DNA from: Takakia lepidozioides
Lineage: Eukaryota > Plantae > Bryophyta
Reading direction: 5' to 3'
NCBI GenBank assembly: GCA_030704615.1
Contig: CM060731.1
Location: 29,450,001 to 29,514,000 of the forward strand
DNA: 64,000 nt
Both the position numbers and the translations under genes were made by a program. Below, piece after piece: positions 35,050 through 45,680 of the stretch (its first letter is position 1; each line of letters starts with the position of its first letter). The notes under the pieces were generated by a model. That model was not told the origin of the DNA. It did no database searches and was given only the letters and a program-made list of their open reading frames with translations.

Positions 35050-36238
35050 CTATCCTGATCCAACAATGATGTTGTTGATGGGTATGAAAATCAATTTGAC
35101 GAAAAACCCAATGAAGCCCATCACAACAAATCCAAGGGCTGTTCTTATGGCCACCTTTGAAAACTCTGCAACACGTTCAAACACCAACTCAATCTTCACA
35201 ACACAAGACATTACCTGTTCCATACATTGGTATCCTTCTAGTAGGGCCCTGGTCACACCTGCCAGTTAGTAGCTTAGCATGAATTGCTAAGTTGGCTGCA
35301 CAGGTCAATTACATTAATGTAACATTAATGTAATTACATTGGATTACTCAATTACATTAAGTAATCCTATGGGTGTTTGGTCTTATATTTTGACAACACC
35401 TCCTGCCATGGCATTTTGTGCACAAGTAATTGCACACACTGAAATGTTGTACCTGCGCAGCAGGAGTTGGTAGGCCGGAAGGTACCTACCTGTGAGTGCA
35501 CTACTTCTCGCAAAAATTGCTCAAGTCTTAACAGGTCTACAATTAGCAACAGTTGGGAGCTGCAGTACCAAATCTTAACAGTTCTGTTGATGATATGGTC
35601 AAAAAATGCTTGCTTGGCAGTTGTGACTATTGTTAAATGTTAGCTGTTGACTTCCAGCTACTTGGCCACCTAAACTAGGCATCTTTTTGCAGACAAGACA
35701 AAACTAGGTGACAGACACAGGCCTCACTGAAGCTCGACCATAACACCTATGCTGCAAGATCGGTGTAGCATTCAACCAAATGAAAGAATGGCTGAAGAGC
35801 TAATAAAGATCGCTGCAAAGAAACAGAGCCAGATACACTCCTTGTCTGTTCCCTTTGAAGAGGGCTACGGCCTTGTTCAAAGTGGACTCTACCAGTCCTG
35901 AAGCCAGTTCAGAGGTAGTCACTAGCCACGCACCGGGAGATCAAACTCCGGCCAAAGTTGCCAGAGCACTCGCACACAGACCCGGAAGACCTCGTGACAT
36001 TGTCAATTGAGACTTCATCTGTGTCTCAAAAGTTAAATCGTAGTAATAGGAGCTGACATTAGGCAGAGGAACCAGACGGGACGCTTAACACTTGGATGAA
36101 CAACGAGGGTCGAAGGGGAGAAGAGGAGGGAAGGTGAGTAATACCCCGACGATCGGGCTTATGGCATCGCTTGACGAGGCGGATGCTGTCCTTTGCAAAC
36201 TCCTTTATGGGCCTCACCACTGTGTCGACGGCCTCCAT
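35050..36238 (-). CDS. SEC61G: Protein transport protein Sec61 subunit gamma, 69 aa; exons 36238-36145 and 35165-35050
   Basis: Spliced product [73 protein letters not shown] intron; 94+116 = 210 nt. Confidence 0.97.
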
Positions 36239-37389
36239 TGCAAAGTTGCAGCCCGAACTTTCCTCTCTATGCCCCCTGTGCCACTTCCGTTCTCCAAACA
36301 GAAGCAGGATTGTTAGAACCCCTGTCTCTCACACAAACACCTGACCTAAAACTCTTGCATACGAGCTTCCTTCCCCTTGTCTCCCCCTTTGCCCTGCAGT
36401 GCTAAATGATAAACTAGAATAGCTAAGCCTCGTTCCGCAACACAAACACTTGTAACGTACACTCTCGTCTCAAGCGTGACAAGCTGGGTGTCGGACCGCC
36501 CAATTGAGAGCGTCGTTGACCGGAGTGCCCAATACAATCTCCTGCCCACTTTTGAAGTAAACGGTCTCTGTGTCTATCTTAGTACTGCCACTAATCAATC
36601 AGGGTTTTACTAAAACCCTAAATCATTCACTAATCAGCAGCGAGAAATTGTTGGAGAGGCAGAAGCATCTAAGCTCCGACAGGAAGCATGCTCCCTGTCT
36701 TGCCTCCCCTGCATGTTATAGGGCTACTGGAGCAGTGCTGGATCAACCTTAATGACTTCCAGTATGAAGGCAATACCGGTGCGTTAACCAACACTTAATT
36801 CCCTACAACTGCCTGCACAAAGACATTCCCATGTGTCGAGGCTGTTCCAAGCTAGAGTGCTAGAGTCTATCTCATCTTTTACCCCTTATGAGGTCAATGC
36901 GAGGGTATTCATAAACACTGATATTCCTGCAATTTTCTGGTGGGCGTAAAGTAGTCAGTATGCCCTCCTGAGTGGAGAGATGAAGCACTGCCCCAAGGAG
37001 CAAGGCTCGTTGTACAGGAGAGAAGTGTCCCTCTAGATCGAAATGGATTAGAAACGGTCATTCTGAGGTTACCGCGCGGGGGGGGGGAAGTGTTCAACAT
37101 TTTGTTACCTTATTATCAGGGTGAAGGCAAACAGAATCCCCGGACGTGTTTTTTGTTAGTCACTACAGAAAGCTACAGCAATGGTATGGTAGCTGGTGTC
37201 TGAGGTGTTATAACTTTTGGGCGGACATCCTCATGCTCTAATCTTGAAAGGTAACCAACAGAGAATCCCTGTTAATCTGTAGAAAGGAGCCTATCCCCAT
37301 TCATAGATTTTTCTGTAGGAGATAATTTGGAGATCGTATGTGAGTTTTAGTGTAAGGGCTTGTAACGAAACAATTTTGAATCATACAGG

Positions 37390-39915
37390 ATGGCAGGGTT
37401 GAATCAGGCACAATTTTCTGGGTCAGTCGCCACTATCACATCCACTGCTTTTGAAAGAGGACCAAGAGAGGGAGTCAACAGGAGTTCTTCTGGCACATGT
37501 GGGGCTGTAAGGACATTGTGTAAGGCAGGACAACTCAAACATGCACTGCACCTTTTGAACCAGCAGTGCATTTCAGCAGACTCCCCCACTTATGTCTCTC
37601 TCCTGCAGCAGTGTGTCAAGATGAAAGGCTTAGCAGAGGGACAGCAGGTGCATGCCCACATTATTCAAAGTGGATTCAAGCCAAAGATCTTTCTATTCAA
37701 CACCCTGGTGAATATGTACGCCAAGTGTGGGAGTGTGATGGATGCACGGCAAGTGTTTGACAAAATGCCTGAACGAGATATGTTTACATGGAATATCATG
37801 ATAGCAGGATATGCAAAGCATGGGTGTGGTAGGGAAGCTTTCAAGCTCTACCAGCAAATGATAAGGGAAGGGGTGATGCCTAACAACGTCACGTTTATTA
37901 GTGTTCTCAAGGCTTGTGCCAGCATAGGAGTCCTGGAAAAGGGCAAAGAGGTACATGCGGACATCATCAGAGCTGGAATTGTGTCACATATAAATTTGGA
38001 GAATGCCCTTGTTGACATGTATGCCAAGTGTGGGAGTACAAAGGATGCTCGTCAAGTGTTTGATAATATGGCTCAACGAAGTGTCGTCTCATGGAATACA
38101 ATGATTGCTGGGTACGCTCAGCATGAGTGTGGTAGGGAGGCTTTTGAGATATATGAACAAATGTCAGAGGAAGGGGTGACGCCCAACAAAATTACATTCA
38201 TTTGTGTTCTCAGTGCATGTGCTAGCCTGGCAGCACTGGAAAAGGGCATAGAGGTCCATGCTTACATTAGTAAAGCTAGAATTGCGCCAGATATCATTGT
38301 GCAGACTGCCCTTGTGGACATGTATGCCAAATGTGGGAGCATAAAGGATGCTCGGCGGGTGTTCGACGACATGACTCAACGAAATGTGGTCTCATGGAGT
38401 GCAATGATTTCAGGGTATGCTCGACATGGTTTTGGCGGGGAAGCTTTGGAGATTTATGTGGAAATGAGAAGGGCAGGCGTAACACCTAACAAGGTCACGT
38501 TCATTTGCGTTCTCAATGCTTGTGCCAGCCTAGGTGCCCTGGATAAGGGTAAGGAGGTCCACGCTGACATCATCAGAGCTGGAATAGCCCCATATATAAA
38601 TCTGGAGAATACCCTTGTTGACATGTATGCAAAATGTGGGAGTATAAAGGATGCGCGTCAAGTATTCGACAATATGGCTCAACGAAATGTGGTCTCATGG
38701 AGTGCGATGATCGCTGGATATGCTCAGCATGGGCGTGGTAGGGAAGCTTTTGAGGTCTATGAGCAAATGAGACAGGCAGGGGTGACACCCAACAAGGTCA
38801 CATTCATTTCCATTCTCCATGCATGTGCCAGTCTGGCAGCACTGGAAAAGGGCATAGAGGTTCATGCTGACATTGTCAAAGCTGGAATTGTGGCTGATAT
38901 TGTTCTGGACACGGCCCTGGTGGACATGTATGCCAAATGTGGGAGCATGACGGATGCACGTCAAGTGTTTGACAATATGGCTCAACGAGATGTGGTCACC
39001 TGGAACACTATGATTGCAGGGTATGGTCAGCATGGGTGTGGTATGGAAACCCTGCAACTATTTCAACAAATGCAACGGGAAGGCTTGACGCCAGACAATA
39101 TCACCTTTACATGCCTTCTCTCTGCATGCGGTCATGCAGGCTTAGTGGATGAAGGCCTTCACTACTTTGATTCCATGAGTCAAGATCATGGCCTCACTCA
39201 TACAAGAGAGCATTTTGGCTGCATGGTGGACCTTCTCGGTCGTGCGGGGCGATTGGATGAGGCAGAGGACTTGATTAACAAAATGCCAATGCAACCAGGT
39301 TGTTCAATGTGGCGGGCCTTGGTTGGTGCCTGCAGAATTCACGGCAATGTGGAGCTAGCAGAACGTGCAGTAAAATGCCTTCTCAAACTGGATCCACAGG
39401 ACGCTGCAACATATGTGCTGCTATCAAACATCTATGCTGCGGCTGGCAGGTGGGATGATCAAGCAGAGGTCAGAAAAATGATGAAGGAAAGAGGTGTCAG
39501 AAAGGTGCCAGGGCGCAGCTGGATTGTAGTCGATGACCAAGTGCATACCTTCCTTGTAGGAGACAAGTTGCACCCACAAATTGAGGAAATCCATGCCAAG
39601 CTGAAGAGATTGTCTGGTCAGATGAAAGATTCTGGGTATGTGGCTGACACGCGCTTTGTATTGCATGAGATGGAGGAGGAGCAAAAGGAATTGTCTCTTT
39701 GTCACCACAGTGAGAAACTGGCCATGGCTTTTGGGCTCATAAGTACACCCCCTGGGACGCCTCTTCGCATCATCAAGAACCTACGGGTGTGTTGTGAGTG
39801 CCACACGGCCACCAAGCTCATTTCAAAGATTGTTGGGCGATCAATTGTTGTACGGGATGCCAACCGGTTTCACCATTTCGAAGATGGAGTTTGTTCTTGT
39901 GGGGATTACTGGTAA
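37390..39915 (+). CDS. PLS-class PPR-E-DYW C-to-U RNA editing factor, 841 aa
   Basis: Intact PLS array, PG box PGRSW, HHSEKLA, KNLRVCCECH, CSCGDYW. A splice acceptor lies just before the ATG (cag| at 37388), so an upstream exon is possible. Confidence 0.95.
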   Translation: MAGLNQAQFSGSVATITSTAFERGPREGVNRSSSGTCGAVRTLCKAGQLKHALHLLNQQCISADSPTYVSLLQQCVKMKGLAEGQQVHAHIIQSGFKPKIFLFNTLVNMYAKCGSVMDARQVFDKMPERDMFTWNIMIAGYAKHGCGREAFKLYQQMIREGVMPNNVTFISVLKACASIGVLEKGKEVHADIIRAGIVSHINLENALVDMYAKCGSTKDARQVFDNMAQRSVVSWNTMIAGYAQHECGREAFEIYEQMSEEGVTPNKITFICVLSACASLAALEKGIEVHAYISKARIAPDIIVQTALVDMYAKCGSIKDARRVFDDMTQRNVVSWSAMISGYARHGFGGEALEIYVEMRRAGVTPNKVTFICVLNACASLGALDKGKEVHADIIRAGIAPYINLENTLVDMYAKCGSIKDARQVFDNMAQRNVVSWSAMIAGYAQHGRGREAFEVYEQMRQAGVTPNKVTFISILHACASLAALEKGIEVHADIVKAGIVADIVLDTALVDMYAKCGSMTDARQVFDNMAQRDVVTWNTMIAGYGQHGCGMETLQLFQQMQREGLTPDNITFTCLLSACGHAGLVDEGLHYFDSMSQDHGLTHTREHFGCMVDLLGRAGRLDEAEDLINKMPMQPGCSMWRALVGACRIHGNVELAERAVKCLLKLDPQDAATYVLLSNIYAAAGRWDDQAEVRKMMKERGVRKVPGRSWIVVDDQVHTFLVGDKLHPQIEEIHAKLKRLSGQMKDSGYVADTRFVLHEMEEEQKELSLCHHSEKLAMAFGLISTPPGTPLRIIKNLRVCCECHTATKLISKIVGRSIVVRDANRFHHFEDGVCSCGDYW

Positions 39916-42900
39916 ACCAAGTAACATGCATGAAAGGAAGTGCTCTTTTTCAAGCATGAGGGTCAGAAAGGTCTGGAGGATTCTGGCTGCCTGCCATAAT
40001 AAGAAGGCTGTGCACATGCCCCCACTCCCACTGCAGGAGAAGAAGTGCACAGTGATGGCCCACTTTATAAGTAAGTCTCTATTCTCTTTCTTCTATCGTG
40101 TGCAACTATCACCTAGTATAGAAGATCAAGTTTGGGAAGGTGAGCCAAAGTAAATACGTCCAACTTATGTGGAAAATCCTAACATGTGAGTTGAATTCAG
40201 CAAATTACTGCCATACTCCATATGGCAGCCAGAGGGCCACCAAGAAATGTGAGTGGGATCAGGTGTAAAGGTGTCATCTGTTAGGACGGAAAGACTAGTT
40301 AGCTGAGTGTGTGTTTGATGCTGTGAATCGCTTTGAAAGGCTGTGAATTTCAAGCACGTTTTTGCACTAGATTGGAGCTGGACACTTTCCTTTTTATACT
40401 GTAATCATATTGTACAGATGGTTTCTTCAGGGACACGCAGCATGTTACGAAGTGGGTCTGATCAGGACTACAAGGCATAGACGGCCAAGGCATGGGCTTC
40501 AGGGCATGTCATTTCCGCCCCTAATCTACGGTGGAGATGGTCTTAATCAGGTATATGTTACCAATTGTTTGATGGTATCTGTACTTTTACATTTGTACAA
40601 AATTGTAACAAGATGGTGTGTTCTATAAGCGAAGGTTGTCATCCATTTGCCTGTGCTCCTGGTGTGGTTTCTGATTTAATCTTGAATGTTTTCAGTCCGC
40701 AGATCTCTGATTCGGCATGGATTGATTGCATCTCCATCAGACTTCAATTAACAGCTTATAATCTAGCTGTGGAGGGCGAACTCTACATGGTTAGTGTCTT
40801 GCTTCAACCTTGATTGGTAGGGGAGGAGGTATTTGAATATTGGAAGACCCAGTTGAATCACAATAATTGACAACACAAAATATTGACGGTGGAGGTCCGT
40901 AGTGCCAGGCAGACAATGACATCCTTGTCTTCCATAATCTGCAAAGAAGGGATTCTCCTAGGAGTGTGGCTGGGGATCTGAGTTAGGGATCTGCCAAGGG
41001 CATTCTTTTTCTTAAGACAATTTGTTAGCACCAAGTAGTCCCTCTCTTCCGCTCACCCTGCCAACAGCAGGCATAGGTGATACGCCATGATCCGCCCACA
41101 ACTCTTCAAACCTTTGCACTAACCCCACAGAAAACACACCAAAGCAAAAATATATTCCAAATCCAGCTATTCTTTGGGGGGTGTGCATGGTCAACCTGCA
41201 AGTGCCAAGGTGCTGAAGTGCTAGATTGTGAGAAATCTCTGCTTTCAACTCTAAGAAGTCACCTGTCTTTGAAACAGAGGAAGCCATCCCATAATTCTTA
41301 CATATCATACAACAGATTCAGTTGGGTTCAATAGATAAGGTTATTAAAGTTGGTTAGGGTTGCTGGGTCGCATGTAGAGGGCTCTGGGACTTGGTAGTTT
41401 TTCCTTGCCTACGTAGTGGATTGGAATCTGTCTGAAAAAAAATCATTGATCACCTTGTCAGGGACTCTGGCAAACTCCTTCACTGCTAGCATGTCTCTCA
41501 TCTCTCCCAAGTGTGTGGTTGTAGAGGTGGGCACAAATGCCAATTGTGGTGGTGTTCAAAGCCATGGATCAGGAGATTGTACAGAGGGTTGGCAGAGATC
41601 GTAATAAATAAGGTCCATAGATGTTGTTTGGCTCTCTTGTAGAGAGAGACCTTGCACCTTGCGGAGACATGCAGGTGACATGCAAGTCAATGGAGAAAAT
41701 GTGGTCAAAGTACCTTACACCGTGTCAAGGCGCTGAATGGTGTGTTGTGCTGAGTCATGCTCCCTAGTCTTACCTTCCTCTTATGTTGTGCCAAAGCAAA
41801 GCAAGAGAGCCAATTGCCGTTTGAGGCTTGTTTGGTTTGGTTGTTGGCCGGACTTGAGTTTCTTTATTACTTGGAGAAAGGGACACAGACCAAAGTTTTG
41901 TTCTGGTTTTTTTTGGTGGCCGGAAGGCAGTGAAGGCAGTGACAGTCAGAAATGCATCATAAACGGTGGGAAAGATAACCACCAAGGCTATCTGGCTCGC
42001 ATTAAGTTCTTGGTTCTTACCTCATTCCTATTACCTTCCCCAACAGGCTTACAATGGGGATATCACGATCACTTTAAACCAAGGGAAAAACAAGTGGCTG
42101 GTCACTTATGGCTCCTCTTTGTGAATAATGAAATCTGCTTTCGCTCATAATAAACTTGAAAATTCATCCATTTATTTCTCATAAGTTGTTCAATATCATA
42201 GATGTGATTGCACTTGAGGACCATGGGACAATAAACTGGAGGGAAGAGAGTAATTCTACTATTGTTCCAGAGGGACAATGGATGATGCCCTTAAAAGCGA
42301 AGCGAATCCTCGCTCAAGTGCACGCAGCCCAAGCAAGCAACCAGAATATTTCAAAGTGGGAGCCCAGGTGAAGATTACACCAGCTGGGTTTTCTGTTGAA
42401 AATCCGCCCCGTGTATTTTGCAGAAGGTCTGTATAATCCCAAGGATGGGAAAATATACACGAAGGGCTGTTGACCGGTAGATGCCAATGATATTGGCATA
42501 TTGAGTATACTAAGTTCTCAACCCAAAGCCCACAAGCATACCAGCAGCATACTACCCAGTTACCAGTGCTATAAATGCCAGACCCAAACTACAGAATGCA
42601 AAATGCTCGCAAGGCTTGCTACCCTCACTGAAATATGTTTATAAATACTTTGGAAAGATCATCTTACCAACCCCTTGCCTCCAGTTCGGTTGCCAGTACT
42701 GCCCCGCAATGCAGCTTCTACCGCTTGCTGAGAAGCCCCACAAATATCAATCAATCCCAACCCATTCCAGGCCCATGTCATGCCAAAAGCCCGCACTGCA
42801 GACAAAGCAAGATAAAAATAAGGGCCGCTTTACACTAGGGCCAAGCAATCTCATTAATATCTTTTCTACCTGAGATGGTAACCAAGAAAAAAACCAAAAA

Positions 42901-44139
42901 TACATTGGAAAGCGCTTAATGTGGCCCATCTTTTTGTAGTTGGAGCAATTTTCATTAGAGGACATCTAATGAGTCATGATAGGAACAAGGTGCGCCATAG
43001 GCTGACATTGACATCCTCTACTTCTATCCACTTTTAATAGCAGATAAAGTCAAAATCTTGTTTAACTTTCAACTAAGAAAAGTTGTGTTATCTTAAGAGC
43101 TTTCTGTTAAGGTATTACATGATCTCATAGGTTAAAAGCACAGAAAGTTATTACATTTACCCATTTTCCTGCGCCATGAAGAGTGCTTCTACCTAGTCTA
43201 TTTTAATACCAAACTTCTTGGGCCCAAGAACTCAGAGTTGGGTCTCCATTCTAGGAGGGTTACTTTTTCTTAGTCCGGCCCAAGAAGTTGGCGCCAACGC
43301 CAAAACTTGTGCCATGTAGGTGCCATGTAGGCAAATGACCCACTTCCAGCTTCACTGCAAGACGCGACAAACATCTTCTCAGAGACCCATCGCGTTATAG
43401 ACCCACGTCTATAACTGTACTCAAAGCAGATTGAAACCAGCTAAGCTGGTGACTCCACGAACAACTATCTAGGGTCATATATGGAGGGAGACCTCAATAG
43501 TACCCTTTTTTCTGGTAACATTATATTGAAAGGCTGCAGCTCCAACTTAGACAGGATGAACCTTAGCAATATGTCACCTACAGGCTTCCCTGACCCCCAA
43601 GTTCTTAAGCAACTTCCCCCACTCACTGGGAAACCCCACAAACTTACAGATTCAAGTTATGCCAAAAGCACGCACTGCAGTCAACACAAGATAAAAATAA
43701 TTAAGCTGATCTCGAATAGGCCTAAGACAACACTCCTGCTAAGTTAATAGAAATGCTGACCCTTGATATCTACAGGTCCTCTAAACCCCCAAGCCTTCAA
43801 GCAGCCGTTTCACAACCAATGTTCGTCAGTCCACGAGCTCCAAGCATGTGGGGCCATTTGGTGGCTGCATGCAAGCGCTAACCGCTACGCCATCAGAACG
43901 GCGAGATGCAGGGCCCCTGACCCCTGCCACCTTGGAAGAGCACAGTAATATCCTTGTTGAAAGTTCGGTAAAAGCACACGTTTCTTGAGCAGAGTTTGGA
44001 GTTCGTTGGTCCTCATCGTGTAGAGCTCAATGGAGCCCAAAACAACTTGTTGAAAGCTCACTAGCACCCCTCAGTAAAGGACCTTGTCAAAATGTTGACT
44101 GTCGGATTTTCGATCACAAACGTCTACCTTGGAGCACGG

Positions 44140-45680
44140 AGCAGAGCTGGCATGAGTTTTTTAAAGATCCTTCACGATGGTGGTACAACCGCAATCGCAA
44201 GGTGTGGCTTTTTCTTAATGTACGATGTGAAGAAGTTTGTCCATCCTGCAAATGTGGGCTCTTGGCTCCTGTTAGTACCATGTTTGGTATTCTTCCTGAT
44301 GTTTACAAGGTTCTTGGGAGAGTCAGCTTGGTCTTAGCAGGCCGTGTTTCAATCTCTGCCTGCTCATCTGCATCGTGGTGGTTCTCACAGGCCAATCCGA
44401 CATTACCTGACTACAGACACAAGCAGCACACACAAGAGGTCCTTTTGGGTTGATGGTCGGTCAAATCCTCCATGGGTCATGACACAAGGTCAAGGACAAT
44501 GTGGTGAGGGCACCTTCTTCTTCGACCTATTTCAGCCTATTTTGCGCTCTCATCAGACTCGGCCCTGAATTTGCATATTGAATATGGTGTCTGCATCCAA
44601 GTTGTAGCCTTTCATTTGCCATATGTTTCAGTGGATCTGTGGTGGTTTGGAATGACTTTGACAAGTTAGTGCCGATGTGGCAGCAGGAAAGTATCCAAAA
44701 ACAGATGACAGAGATGAGGAGAAGCTTTGGAATGAACACTTCTCCGACCCCAGTCAATGGTGGGACAATGGAGAGAAAAAGGTGAATGCCTGTTGGAAGC
44801 AGAGGCAAGTCAGCATAGGAACTAGTGTGGCAAGTATGGTTGGGGTGTTTGCTGGAAGAATTCTAGGCTGTCATTGTCTGTTGCTAGCAGCAAGGCAAGG
44901 ATGTATGCATGATTTGTGCAGAGGCATGGATAGCTGAAGGAGCAGGGATGGAGTGTGGGTCCAGATTCATCCAAGAGGGCCAGATTTCAAGCTCCAGATT
45001 ACCTATAACTCCCTGTGGAAGGATAGCTACAAGAAACCTGCATGGGTAGATGGTCAACTGGAAGCCACAGCAGCATCGGCACAATTGATAAAATCAGGCA
45101 CTGCTCATGAAGGCACCTTCTTCAACACATTTCACCCTGTTTGAATCGGCCCTAAATTTTCATGTTGAATTCTGCAAGTTAGCTGGTTGAGTGAACCTTT
45201 GATAGTTTGGAGTGACTTTGACATGATACTGCCAATGTGACAACAGGAAAGTATCCAGAAACAGGTAACAGAGACGAGGAGAAGCTGTGGAATGAATACT
45301 TTTCTGACCCCAGTCAATGGTGGGACAATCGAGGCAAAGAGGCAAAAAGGTGAATGCCTGTTGGATTACAGAGAGTAGCACATGCAATTGAGCTTAGGAA
45401 CTAGTGTGATAAGTTGCGTTGGGTGTTTCCCAGAACAAATCTAGGCTGTCATTTGTCAGCTGCTAGCAGCAAGGCAAGGATGAATGCATGATTTGTGCAG
45501 AGGCATGGATAGCTGAAGGAGCAGGGGTAGAGTGTGGGTACAGATTCATCCAAGAGGGCCAGATTTCAAGCACAAGATTACCTATGATTCCCTGTGGATC
45601 AATAGCTACAAGAAACCTGCATGGGTAGATGGTCAACTAAAGGCAGCAGCTGCTGCGGCACAGTTGATAAAATCAGGCAT
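44140..45680 (+). other. Three OSB-type PDF motifs, each split by an intron, upstream of the third PPR-DYW ORF (partly disrupted)
   Basis: WHEFFKDPSRWWYNRNRK|ANPTLPDYRHK..SFWVDGRSNPPWV; LWNEHFSDPSQWWDNGEKK|IHPRGPDFKLQITYNSLWKDSYKKPAWV; LWNEYFSDPSQWWDNRGK|IHPRGPDFKHKITYDSLWINSYKKPAWV. Motifs 2 and 3 lie in an approximately 580-bp tandem duplication. Confidence 0.85.

Noticed and set aside
37390-39915. U-to-C (DYW:KP-type) editing factor
   Set aside because: The PG box, HSEKLA and terminal DYW are of the canonical C-to-U type; the other two loci share HSEKLA and DYW.
40800-42500. Possible old LINE debris (also about 34200-35000)
   Set aside because: No diagnostic motif recognisable by eye.
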